From Octopus bimaculoides (taxonomy: Eukaryota), in NCBI RefSeq assembly GCF_001194135.2, contig NC_068982.1, positions 133,154,489 to 133,191,297 of the forward strand: a DNA stretch of 36,809 nt. The letters are read 5' to 3'. This document shows, piece by piece, positions 11,300 to 21,721 of the stretch. The position numbers were made by a program, and so were the translations under genes. Within the stretch, counting starts at the first letter, position 1, and each line of letters opens with the position of its first letter. Below the pieces are notes generated by a model. The model had not been told where the DNA came from. It saw nothing but the letters and a program-made list of their open reading frames with translations, and did not search any database.

Positions 11300-11644
11300 A
11301 TCACTAAAATGATAGTATTCAGTATGTTGGCCACAGAGATTTCTGTCAAAGAGGCATGGTTTAACAAAGTTGTACATCATCTCCCTCTTTCTCTCTCTTT
11401 TATTATTACTCCCACTGCCACCATCAACACAACTACTTTTAATAAAACATCAACTCTCCCTAAATTTCTTTGTCTCTCTTTCTCTCCCTCTCTTTTTCTT
11501 TCTCTTTCTGTCTGTCTTTGCCACTGTCCTTACCATCTCTATGTCTGCTATTACTTTCACCCCATCATGAGGAACAGTAGGAGTGTCATTGAATAGTTAG
11601 AGAGGGGACACACAGAAATTAGATTTCACATTTATTATATTAGA
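11300..11644 (-). repeat. ~340-bp interspersed repeat, copy 2 (Helitron-like 5' end)
   Basis: Homologous to 8186-8523. The minus strand begins TCTAATATAATAAATGTGAAATC. Confidence 0.75.
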
Positions 11645-11869
11645 AATATATATATAAGTATGAGGTTAAAACATTAAAATCATTTATTACCAGTGGTTTG
11701 CATGCTTAATAAAAATCAGAAGACAGAAAATATTTTTATATATAAGAGGGTATAAAGATATATACATGAAGATAAGACCCTTGACAGGACTTCTTACATG
11801 CTAAAAAGGGCAGTTAAACCCAAACCACGAAAAAAAAGAATTCTTAAGACATACTGCTAATAGGCACTC

Positions 11870-12080
11870 ATCATCATCACCGTTTAACGTCCGCTTTCCA
11901 TGCTAGCATGGGTTGGACGATTTGACTGAGGACTGGTGAAACTAGATGGCTACACCAGGCTCCAATCTGATTTGGCAGAGTTTCTACAGCTGGATGCCTT
12001 TCCTAACGCCAACCACTCAGAGAGTGTAGTGGGTGCTTTTACATGTCACCCGCACGAAGGCCAGTCAGGCGGTACTGGCA
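11870..12080 (-). mobile_element. RTE 3' end, near-consensus copy
   Basis: catcatcatcaccgtttaacgtccgctttccatgctagcatgggttggacg...cctaacgccaaccactc is the reverse complement of 16370-16555. Confidence 0.9.
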
Positions 12081-12104
12081 TACATATATATATATATATA
12101 TATA

Positions 12105-12500
12105 TCATCATCATCATCATCATCATCATCGTTTAACGTCCGCTTTCCATGCTAGCATGGGTTGGACGATTTGACTGANNNNNNNNNNNNNNNNNNNNNN
12201 NNNNNNNNNNNNNNNGCACAAGAACCAGTCCAGGGGCACTGGCAACGATCTTACTTGGCTTGCCGGGTCTTCTCACGCACAGCCCATTTCCAAAGGTCTC
12301 GGTCCGTAGTCATCGCCTCGGTGAGGCCCAATGTACGAAGGTCTTGCCTCACCACCTCAGCCCAGGTCTTCCTGGGCCTACCTCTTCCACGGGTTCCCTC
12401 AACTGTTAGGGTGTGGCACTTTTTCACGCAGCTATCCTCCTCCATTCTCACCACATGTCCATACCAGCGCAATCGTCTCTCTTGCACGCCACAACTGATG
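12105..12500 (-). mobile_element. RTE 3' end plus ORF C-terminus, with a gap
   Basis: (CAT)n tail. ORF 12251-12487 reads RRLRWYGHVVRMEED...GRGRPRKTWAEVVRQDL, the canonical RTE RT C-terminus. Confidence 0.9.
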
Positions 12501-12517
12501 CTTCATGAAAATATATA

Positions 12518-12704
12518 CAGTAATCCCTCAACTACCCAACCCACTGCCACGATAGGTGAAAATCTGTAAAGTAGCAACGGTATTGCATATTTTTTTAAAA
12601 TTATTTTTATAATTTGTATACATTTATTTTATTATAAATGGAAAACAAAACCACAGAGGAATCGATGTAAGCTTAATAAACCACAATATGGCAAGGGATT
12701 ATTG
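12518..12704. mobile_element. pogo/Tigger-like MITE, CpG-decayed copy
   Basis: TA|cagtaatccctc ... aagggattattg. Its reverse complement aligns end to end with 29419-29629. Confidence 0.8.
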
Positions 12705-13002
12705 TGTATATATAAATATATATATAGTAATATATCTTTCTAAGAATTTTTGAGGGTTTTCATTTTAATTGCGAAGCAACTATAACTATACAGTCAGCTT
12801 AGTATATTAAAAATATATTTACTATTCATAAAATTAGGCATTTAGCATGTATCTGATATTTTATAATAGTTTTAAGCTGTCCTGTTGATTATTTATTTTC
12901 ACACTCCAGCAACAGCAGCAGCACTTTCCTTTCCATGATCTAAATGCCACTTAAGCTCTGAAAGAATTTAAAGGCTCATACTTGGCGCCAGAATCATTTT
13001 AT

Positions 13003-13160
13003 CCATCATCATCATTTAATGTCCGTTTTCCATGCTGGCATGGGTTGGACGATTTGACTGAGGACTGGTGAAACCAGATGGCTACACCAGGCTCCAATCT
13101 GATTTGGCAGAGTTTCTACAGCTAGATGCCCTTACTAACGCCAACCACTCAGAGAGTGTA
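13003..13160 (-). mobile_element. RTE 3' end
   Basis: catcatcatcatttaatgtccgttttccatgctggcatggg...ccaaccactcagagagtgta. Confidence 0.9.
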
Positions 13161-14139
13161 GGCATGTAGACATGTAGGCATGTANNNNNNNNNNNNNNNN
13201 NNNNNNNNNNNNNNNNNNNNNNNNNNNNNNNNNNNNNNNNNNNNNNNNNNNNNNNNNNNNNNNNNNNNNNNNNNNNNNNNNNNNNNNNNNNNNNNNNNNN
13301 NNNNNNNNNNNNNNNNNNNNNNNNNNNNNNNNNNNNNNNNNNNNNNNNNNNNNNNNNNNNNNNNNNNNNNNNNNNNNNNNNNNNNNNNNNNNNNNNNNNN
13401 NNNNNNNNNNNNNNNNNNNNNNNNNNNNNNNNNNNNNNNNNNNNNNNNNNNNNNNNNNNNNNNNNNNNNNNNNNNNNNNNNNNNNNNNNNNNNNNNNNNN
13501 NNNNNNNNNNNNNNNNNNNNNNNNNNNNNNNNNNNNNNNNNNNNNNNNNNNNNNNNNNNNNNNNNNNNNNNNNNNNNNNNNNNNNNNNNNNNNNNNNNNN
13601 NNNNNNNNNNNNNNNNNNNNNNNNNNNNNNNNNNNNNNNNNNNNNNNNNNNNNNNNNNNNNNNNNNNNNNNNNNNNNNNNNNNNNNNNNNNNNNNNNNNN
13701 NNNNNNNNNNNNNNNNNNNNNNNNNNNNNNNNNNNNNNNNNNNNNNNNNNNNNNNNNNNNNNNNNNNNNNNNNNNNNNNNNNNNNNNNNNNNNNNNNNNN
13801 NNNNNNNNNNNNNNNNNNNNNNNNNNNNNNNNNNNNNNNNNNNNNNNNNNNNNNNNNNNNNNNNNNNNNNNNNNNNNNNNNNNNNNNNNNNNNNNNNNNN
13901 NNNNNNNNNNNNNNNNNNNNNNNNNNNNNNNNNNNNNNNNNNNNNNNNNNNNNNNNNNNNNNNNNGCTCCAATCTGATTTGGCAGAGTTTCTACAGCTAG
14001 ATGCCCTTACTAACGCCAACCACTCAGAGAGTGTAGGCATGTAGACATGTAGGCATGTAGACATGTAGGCATGTAGACATGTAGGCATGTAGACATGTAG
14101 GCATGTAGACATGTAGGCATGTAGACATGTAGGCATGTA
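13158..14139. repeat. 16-bp minisatellite (gtaggcatgtagacat) on both sides of a gap
   Basis: Array at 13158-13184 and 14033-14139 (~6.5 units). 13966-14040 is identical to 13091-13165. Confidence 0.9.
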
Positions 14140-14342
14140 TCAAGTAAACACCAAGTAAGTGCTATGGATAGATCATGGTTAAGCTCCAGGCTCAATAATG
14201 ATACGAGTGAGGAATCCAATGTGAGTCGTTTATTAGCATGCATATATATATAAATTGACAGAATGAGATAAAAAAAAATTAAAAAAAGATTAAAAAAAAA
14301 CCAAGGCAGCCAAGAGATTTCACAACATTTATCAAGAAAAGT

Positions 14343-14389
14343 TCATACAGCCGCCTCCGGGACACCTCATACCTCCCCTCATCAGAGAC
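14343..14389 (-). ncRNA. Degenerate hammerhead ribozyme (mirror copy)
   Basis: Minus strand gtct CTGATGA ggggaggtatgaggtgtccc gGAGGC ggct GTA tgaac. The GAAA core is mutated to GAGG. Confidence 0.45.
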
Positions 14390-14912
14390 GGTGTCAGAAA
14401 ACGTTTGAGTACCAATCATTATAAAGATATGAAATACAGAGGGGAAGAGAATGAATCTAGAAGTGAGAGACACAAGGATACTGCACTTGCAGTTCCATTA
14501 TTCAATGGTGAATATAAATGGTGAAAAAAAATTTTTTTTTTTTTTTTTTTTTTTGGTGAAGAAACCCTCCTGTACCTGGTGAGTGGTTATATTTAGTCAT
14601 TCCATACATAGAGCCTTGTAAACAGTGTTGGTCGATGGAAGGTTTTTTTTTTTTGGTGTGAATTAAAATGTGTTAAGGCTCTATGCTTGGAATGACCAAA
14701 TATAACCACCATTGGAACTCACACACCAGATACAAGAAAACTTCTTCACCAAAAAAAAAAATTTATCACCACTTATATACACCATTCTACTTGAATAATG
14801 GAACCGCAAATACAACATCCCTACGTATCTCACCTCTATTTTCATTCTCTTATTTCCCTCTGCATTTCATATCCTCTCTACAATAACCAACACTCAAACA
14901 CTTTCCCACACC

Positions 14913-14960
14913 GTCCCTGATGAAGGGATACATAAAACATCCCGGAAACAGCTGTAAGAC
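14913..14960 (+). ncRNA. Minimal type I hammerhead ribozyme motif (Penelope type)
   Basis: gtcc CTGATGA a GGGAT acataaaac ATCCC g GAAAC agct GTA agac. Core intact, 5-bp helix II, palindromic helix III (ACAGCTGT), short helix I with a C.A mismatch at 1.1. Confidence 0.65.
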
Positions 14961-15074
14961 CCTTTCTTGATAAATGCTACGAAATCTATTTACTGCCTTG
15001 GTTTTTTTTTTTATCTCATTCTGTCAATTTACATGCATGCATGCATATACATACATACATGGTAATTGTTCAGT

Positions 15075-15138
<64 letters not shown>

Positions 15139-15189
15139 TATAATACTGTGGCGAATATTTATGGTATTATTTTTTTTTTTTTTAAATTA

Positions 15190-15270
15190 CTTAATCCTAT
15201 ACTCGAGTTTCACTATTAATGACCAAATAAATTAATTTGGTATCTGTAGCTCATCAGTGGGATCGCTAAG
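15190..15270 (-). ncRNA. Type I hammerhead ribozyme with intact core
   Basis: Minus strand cttagcgatccca CTGATGA gcta cagat accaaat taattt atttggt cattaa tagt GAAAC tcga GTA taggattaag. All core nucleotides are present, helix I is atcc/ggat plus ctta/taag, helix II is gcta/tagt plus a 7-bp distal stem, and helix III is the palindrome ACTCGAGT. Confidence 0.8.
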
Positions 15271-15359
15271 TTATGCATAATTATGTAAGTATAATATGTA
15301 CCAAAAACATTAGGCAAAGACATGTACAAGACAGCTCCATCTTTATACATAATGGAGCA

Positions 15360-16555
15360 AAGAATAGCCTGGGCAAAGTTTAGAGAGCTCTTACCTCTGC
15401 TGGCGACAAAGGGTCTCTCACTCAGAGTAAAAGACAGACTGTATGATGCACGTGTACAAACAGCCATGCTACATGGCAGTGAAGCATGGGCCGTGACTGC
15501 TGAGGACATGCGTAAGCTCACAAGAAACGAAGCCAGTATATTCCGATGGATGTGTAATGTCAGTGTGCATACTCGGCAGAGTGTAAGTACCTTGAGAGAA
15601 AAGTTGGACCTAAGAAGCATCAGTTGTGGCATGTAAGAGAGACGATTGCGCTGGTATGGACATGTGGCAAGAATGGATGAGGATAGCTGTGTGAAAAAGT
15701 GCCACACCCTAGCAGTTGAGGAAACCTGTGGAAGAGGTAGACCCAGGAAGACCTGGGATGAGGTAGTGAAGCACGACCTTCGAACTTTAGGCCTCACCGA
15801 GGCAATGACCAGTGACCGGGACCTTTGGAAATATGCAGTACATGAGAAGACCTGGCAAGGCAAGTGAGAGCATAATCCAAGGTCTCTGCCAGGGGTGCAG
15901 CCAGCCCACTTATGCGTACCTTTCCTTCATTGGACACTAAACTCTGCTTGCGAAGACCTGTTGAGGCAAGTGAAATCGGAATCGAACCAAATTCGACGAC
16001 TGGCACCCATGCCAACCTCTCCTTCATTGGACACTAAACTCAGCTTGCGAAGACCTATTGGGGCAAGTGAAATCAAAATCGTAATTGAACCAAATTCGAT
16101 GACTGGCACCTGTGCCAGTGGAGCGCTAAGAGCACCATCCGAGCGTGATCATTGCCAGAGCAGCTGTCCGGCTTTCGTGCCAGTGGCACGTAAATAGCAC
16201 CATTTGAGTGTGATCGTTACCAGTGTCGCCTTACAGGCACTTATGAAAAAACATTCAAGCGAAGTCATTGCCAGTGCTGCTGGACTGGATCCTGTGCAGG
16301 TGGCAAGTAAAAAACACCATTTTGAGGATGGCTATTGCCAGTACCACCTAACTGGCCCTCATGCCGGTGGCACGTAAAAGCACCCACTACACTGTTGGAG
16401 TGGTTGGCGTTAGGAAGGGCATCCAGCGGTAGAAACTCTGCCAGATCAGACTGGAGCCTGGTGCAGCCATCTGGTTCGTCAGTCCTCAGTCAAATCGTCC
16501 AACCAATGCTAGCATTGAAGGCGGACGTTAAACGATGATGATAATGATGATGATA
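15360..16555 (+). mobile_element. 5'-truncated RTE LINE: ORF C-terminus, modular 3' UTR, (GAT)n tail
   Basis: RIAWAKFRELLPLLATKGLSLRVKDRLYDA..HGSEAWAV and RWYGHVARMDED..GRGRPRKTWDEVVKHDL. A repeated UTR and the conserved tail follow, which ties the abundant short tail repeat to this LINE. Confidence 0.95.
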
Positions 16556-16579
16556 TATATATATATATGAAAACTGGAA

Positions 16580-16800
16580 CTCTGTCAGTTATCAACAAAA
16601 CAGCCAGCTCATGAAATTAACATGTAATCTTTATGTAGTTCTTAGGGAGTTTCAATTTGACACACAGTGTGACAAGGCTGGCCCTTTGAAATACAGATAC
16701 TACTCATTTTTTTTCCAGCTAAATGGACTGGAATAATGTTTAAAGGACACAACACATCTCCAGGAAATGAACTCATGACCTTATGATCTTGAGCCAAGTG
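16580..16800 (-). mobile_element. CORE-type tRNA SINE, degraded
   Basis: Minus strand gcacttggctcaagatcataaggtcatgagttcatttcctgg...tgtgtcct...aaatgagtagtatctgtatttcaaagggccagccttgtcacac (B-box-like plus CORE-like start). Confidence 0.65.
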
Positions 16801-16869
16801 CAGGATGTTAGGTCTCACAGACAAGATGATAATGGACTGTGATGTCTGGCAATATACTAATGCTTATCT

Positions 16870-17570
16870 CTTGCTCTCCAATCTTGTCCTCATTGCCCTG
16901 CTCACTGTATCATTACTATCCTATTGTCCCTCACCTTTATATACCCAGGTTTTAAGAATCAATGCATTCCCCTCTTCTCCCCACTCTTTTATTCATGTGA
17001 AGTCTCTACTCCCTACCCATGCACCCATGGCAATACTCTGCCATCGCATTTATATTTTGTTTCCTTCCCACCCCATACCTTGAGGGTATGCCCTGACATT
17101 TCGCCATCTCGCTCTCACCTTTCTCTCTCTTACACTCTTCCACTCTCTCTCTCTCTTTCTCTTGCCCTCTCATACTCTCACTCTCTTCCACTCTGTTTCT
17201 CTCATTCTTGGTCACTCACTCTCTCTCTCTCTCTCTCTTTCTTTGACTGATTAACTATGTATCTCCTCTACAGCAAGCCACCTGTTTATGTCCATCTGTC
17301 AAAATGTAGCCTCTCATCAGCTGGTACAGGGCCACCTCTACCAATGCCCATCTCTCAAAGGATCTTTGTTTTGTGAGTTCCTTGGTCACCTCAAAAGCTT
17401 CCAGTTCACTCTGGTTTTAGGAAGAGCATCCAGCCGTAAAAAAAAACCATGTCAAAACAGATTGTAAAGCTTTGAACTGTCATCTACCTAGCCAGTTTCT
17501 AGCAGACCATTCAACTCATGCCAGGATGGAAAATTTACATTAAATAATGATGATGATGATGATGATGATA
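16870..17570 (+). mobile_element. RTE-family CT-rich 3' UTR and tail
   Basis: Same architecture as 4630-5350: ccctgctcactg.. CT-rich tract, then ttaggaagagcatccagccgtaaaa...attaaataatgatgatgat. Confidence 0.65.
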
Positions 17571-17679
17571 TATGGCACTAACAGAAATACATCTGAACGC
17601 TAACATATCAGATGTAGACATATCAGATGCTGAGATATACATACCAAAGTATGCTGTATTTTGAGAAATAACTCATAGA

Positions 17680-19855
17680 GGAGTAGCAATGTACATCTGG
17701 GAAGATGTCACGCCTGTGGTCCTGTTGTCACACTCAAACTCAGTTTAACATTCTGGTAGTACACATTAAACAGACCAAAACAGTAATAGGTAGTGCATAT
17801 TGCCTATCAGATGCTCCAAATCATGGGAACGTATTTGAAGAAAGCCTCAAAAAATGGAAGAAGTATGATCCAGCCTTGATGACAGCTTCTAGGAACCTTT
17901 AACAGACTTAATATTGAATAGCATGAGGGCCACCTTCTCTCAGGTATGTCACTGCATGAACAGAGGCTAACAGAGCCTCTGCTCAACCTCACAAACATGC
18001 TCTTTATGGAGTAAATAGTGTTCCACCCAACAAGGAATAGAAATGTCCTGCTTTACAAACAACGTGGCACTCAGACATAATATTAAGGTGACACCATCAA
18101 TTTTCGCAGACCATAACTTAATAGAACAATGTATGGTCTACAGAGAACTGCAGACATGCAGGCTATGAGAAGTACCCAACTCCTTACCAACCTGAACTTT
18201 CATAAACCTGATTGGAAGATTATTCAGAAAAAGGTCATGGAATAAAACTGGTCTACAAGTCTCTCTACACATTATAGTGGCATAAAGCTACAGAATTTTA
18301 TGATAATCTTATTGCATATGCAGTAAGCTTGCTCCAAAGAGAATTTCAAACTGATAGAAAAACATAATTCCCAAGGATAGGAAGATTCAAATAAGGCAAT
18401 GAGCAAAGATCTCAAACTAAGTGGGTCAGTAAAGGATAGCGAAGAATCCTATCTCAAACAAACACTGCTTGAGACTGAAAGTGAACTCAAACACTCCTAT
18501 GAGAAGGAGAGGCTAGAGAAAGAAGCCAGGGCTGTAGAAAATGTAAAAACAAACCCTAAAACCTTCTATAGATTTGCAAAAGAGTCTGCTTCAGTACAGT
18601 ACAAGATAGGGCCACTGTTCAAAGAAAAGGTCTCATTGACTGCAGACTCCCAGAGGGCAAGTGAAATACAGAATAATCAATGCAAAAGTGTTTTCACAAC
18701 TCTGTTGGGACACTTGCAAATAGCTATGACTGGTGAGTTCTTTGGCACCACAACCCTACACAAAGAGATGGCAATTATTAATAACGTCAAATTAGAAGAA
18801 ACTGATGTGACATCAGCCATTGATGAAATAAGCCTAAACTTAGTCACAGGCCTTGATGGATTCTCAGCAATCCTCCCAAAGAAATGCAAAATCACTACAA
18901 AGTCTGTTCCAAAGCTTCCTCACAACTGGGAGACTTCTCAGAAAGTCAAAGGATGCCATATGTCCTATTCCTAAAGGAGGTAGCAGAGCAGATGCTAAAA
19001 ATTATAGGCCTATCTCTCTTACATCTCATGTCAGCAAAGTCAAGGAATGCATTGTCAGGAGGAAACTGATCATGTTCCTGGAAGATAATGACTTGCTCTC
19101 TGACACCCAGCATGGCTTCTGCTCTGGAAGAAGCTGCTTTACACAACTTCTGCAACATTATGAGAGTGTAGAAACAACTAATGAATCGTTCAAATGTGGA
19201 TATGATATATCTAGATTTTGCAAAGGCTTTTGATATGGTTGATCATGAAATGATATGTCACAAGCTATAGACTCGGCATCATCAGAAAACTGTGAGAGTA
19301 ACTACATGACTTCTTAAAAGACAGAAGCCAGCCTGTGGCAGCTAATGGGACTCTCTCCGAGGAGACAATAATAGTGAGTGGAGTGCCTCAGGGCTGCTGT
19401 TTATGGTGGCTCTTTTGGACAATACAAAATGTAGTACAAGCAGTCAAGTAATTTTCTGGTGTTAATCTTCTACAGAAAGACCTAGAAGCCATATATAAAC
19501 AGGCTGACAAAAATAACATGCAATTTAATGCAGGGAAATTCGAAGCCCTCTACTATCAGCTAGCTTGTGCTAACATACTGCAGCAATGATACTTTGGACC
19601 AAAAGGAGTGGCAATCTTACAGTCATGTACAGTGCATAATCTGGAGATTGAGATAAACAACAATGCCTCATTTCACAAACATATCTCCAAGATGGTGACA
19701 ATGTGCAGGCAAACTGTCAGATGGATTCTGAGAACTTTCAAAACAAGAGACCAGGAAACTATGCTGGTTCTATAGAGGATGTTTGTCCTCAGCTGCCTGG
19801 ATTATTGCTCTTAACTGTATCACCCTACACTGTCAAATAAATAGCAGAACTTGAG
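17680..19855 (+). mobile_element. Degraded CR1-clade LINE ORF2 (APE endonuclease + RT)
   Basis: PTRNRNVL, ADHNLIE, NPKTFYRFAK, NYRPISLTSHVSKV, QHGF, LDFAKAFD, SGVPQG and LDYCS across frameshifts and stops. Confidence 0.9.
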
Positions 19856-19889
19856 GTGGGGGATAAAATCTACTTAGACCAGTATGTAC

Positions 19890-19954
19890 AACTATCTAAA
19901 TATTATCAATGAATTTTACTTAAAAACTGCTACAAACTTTTTAACCAACCCAAT
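19890..19954 (+). mobile_element. Mariner right end (TIR remnant)
   Basis: Reverse complement tattgggttggttaaaaagtttgtagcagtttt resembles the cecropia/Hsmar1-type TIR ttaggttggtgcaaaagtaattgcggtttt; TA follows. Confidence 0.6.
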
Positions 19955-19983
19955 ATATATATATATAGATATATATATAAACT

Positions 19984-20025
<42 letters not shown>

Positions 20026-20077
20026 TGTAAATAAATCCGAAAGAAGAAGCATAAATATATATGCATGCATATATATA

Positions 20078-20128
<51 letters not shown>

Positions 20129-20442
20129 TGGTACTTATATATGTAAAACACAGTCTTTACAGATGTATATATATTCTCATAATTGTTTAAAATAAATAAA
20201 TAGACAGAGTATACTGCCTAACAGTTGATGCATACTACCTCTGGATGCCCTCCATTTTCATCTTGCCATATGAATTAAGGGTAAAACCACTTTTTACTCT
20301 CGCCCATTTATTACGCTCAGTAGTGTAATTGCCACGCAATAACCAACACTTGTGTATTAACTGGGTATTCTACCAGCAGTATATTGGATAGATACTATCC
20401 CTTAGTTGGTTGGATTCACGACCTCTAACTCTCTTTGAATTC

Positions 20443-20597
20443 ATCATCATCATCATCATCATCGTTTAACGTCCGCTTTCCATGCTAGCATGGGTTGGAC
20501 GATTTGACTGAGGACTGGTGAAACCGGATGGCAACACCAGGCTCCAGTCTGATTTGGCAGAGTTTGTACAGCTGGATGCCCTTCCTAATGCCAACCA
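20443..20597 (-). mobile_element. RTE 3' end, truncated by a gap
   Basis: (CAT)n gtttaacgtccgctttccatgctagcatgggttggacg. Confidence 0.9.
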
Positions 20598-21502
20598 NNN
20601 NNNNNNNNNNNNNNNNNNNNNNNNNNNNNNNNNNNNNNNNNNNNNNNNNNNNNNNNNNNNNNNNNNNNNNNNNNNNNNNNNNNNNNNNNNNNNNNNNNNN
20701 NNNNNNNNNNNNNNNNNNNNNNNNNNNNNNNNNNNNNNNNNNNNNNNNNNNNNNNNNNNNNNNNNNNNNNNNNNNNNNNNNNNNNNNNNNNNNNNNNNNN
20801 NNNNNNNNNNNNNNNNNNNNNNNNNNNNNNNNNNNNNNNNNNNNNNNNNNNNNNNNNNNNNNNNNNNNNNNNNNNNNNNNNNNNNNNNNNNNNNNNNNNN
20901 NNNNNNNNNNNNNNNNNNNNNNNNNNNNNNNNNNNNNNNNNNNNNNNNNNNNNNNNNNNNNNNNNNNNNNNNNNNNNNNNNNNNNNNNNNNNNNNNNNNN
21001 NNNNNNNNNNNNNNNNNNNNNNNNNNNNNNNNNNNNNNNNNNNNNNNNNNNNNNNNNNNNNNNNNNNNNNNNNNNNNNNNNNNNNNNNNNNNNNNNNNNN
21101 NNNNNNNNNNNNNNNNNNNNNNNNNNNNNNNNNNNNNNNNNNNNNNNNNNNNNNNNNNNNNNNNNNNNNNNNNNNNNNNNNNNNNNNNNNNNNNNNNNNN
21201 NNNNNNNNNNNNNNNNNNNNNNNNNNNNNNNNNNNNNNNNNNNNNNNNNNNNNNNNNNNNNNNNNNNNNNNNNNNNNNNNNNNNNNNNNNNNNNNNNNNN
21301 NNNNNNNNNNNNNNNNNNNNNNNNNNNNNNNNNNNNNNNNNNNNNNNNNNNNNNNNNNNNNNNNNNNNNNNNNNNNNNNNNNNNNNNNNNNNNNNNNNNN
21401 NNNNNNNNNNNNNNNNNNNNNNNNNNNNNNNNNNNNNNNNNNNNNNNNNNNNNNNNNNNNNNNNNNNNNNNNNNNNNNNNNNNNNNNNNNNNNNNNNNNN
21501 NN

Positions 21503-21534
<32 letters not shown>

Positions 21535-21721
21535 ACACACATATACACAAATACACACATATATACACACACACACATATCTACACACACACATATACAC
21601 ACACATATATATACACATACATATATACACACACACATATATACAAGCTGATGTAACCAGCAATTCCTGGGAAAGTGGGGCTTATCCCTTGGTTCCGTTC
21701 ACATAGTTGTTTCGCTAATCC

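Larger units (their letters stand above)
14237..15044. mobile_element. Fold-back of two inverted ~380-bp Penelope-like terminal repeats
   Basis: 14237-14619 aligns with the reverse complement of 14676-15044 along its whole length. The inner 35 bp have 3 mismatches. Each arm carries a hammerhead-type CTGATGA motif. Confidence 0.75.

Noticed and set aside
13966-14040. Exact duplicate of 13091-13165 as a real tandem duplication
   Set aside because: Identical sequence on both sides of a scaffold gap beside a minisatellite is a typical assembly overlap artefact.
6172-20151. HT/YI/CV-repeat ORFs (e.g. 6172-6435, 14974-15235, 19916-20151)
   Set aside because: Translations of (TG)n and (TA)n microsatellites.
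2462-21663. Long ORFs in the track at 2462-3345, 13082-14136 and 20466-21663
   Set aside because: They consist of X residues from assembly N gaps.
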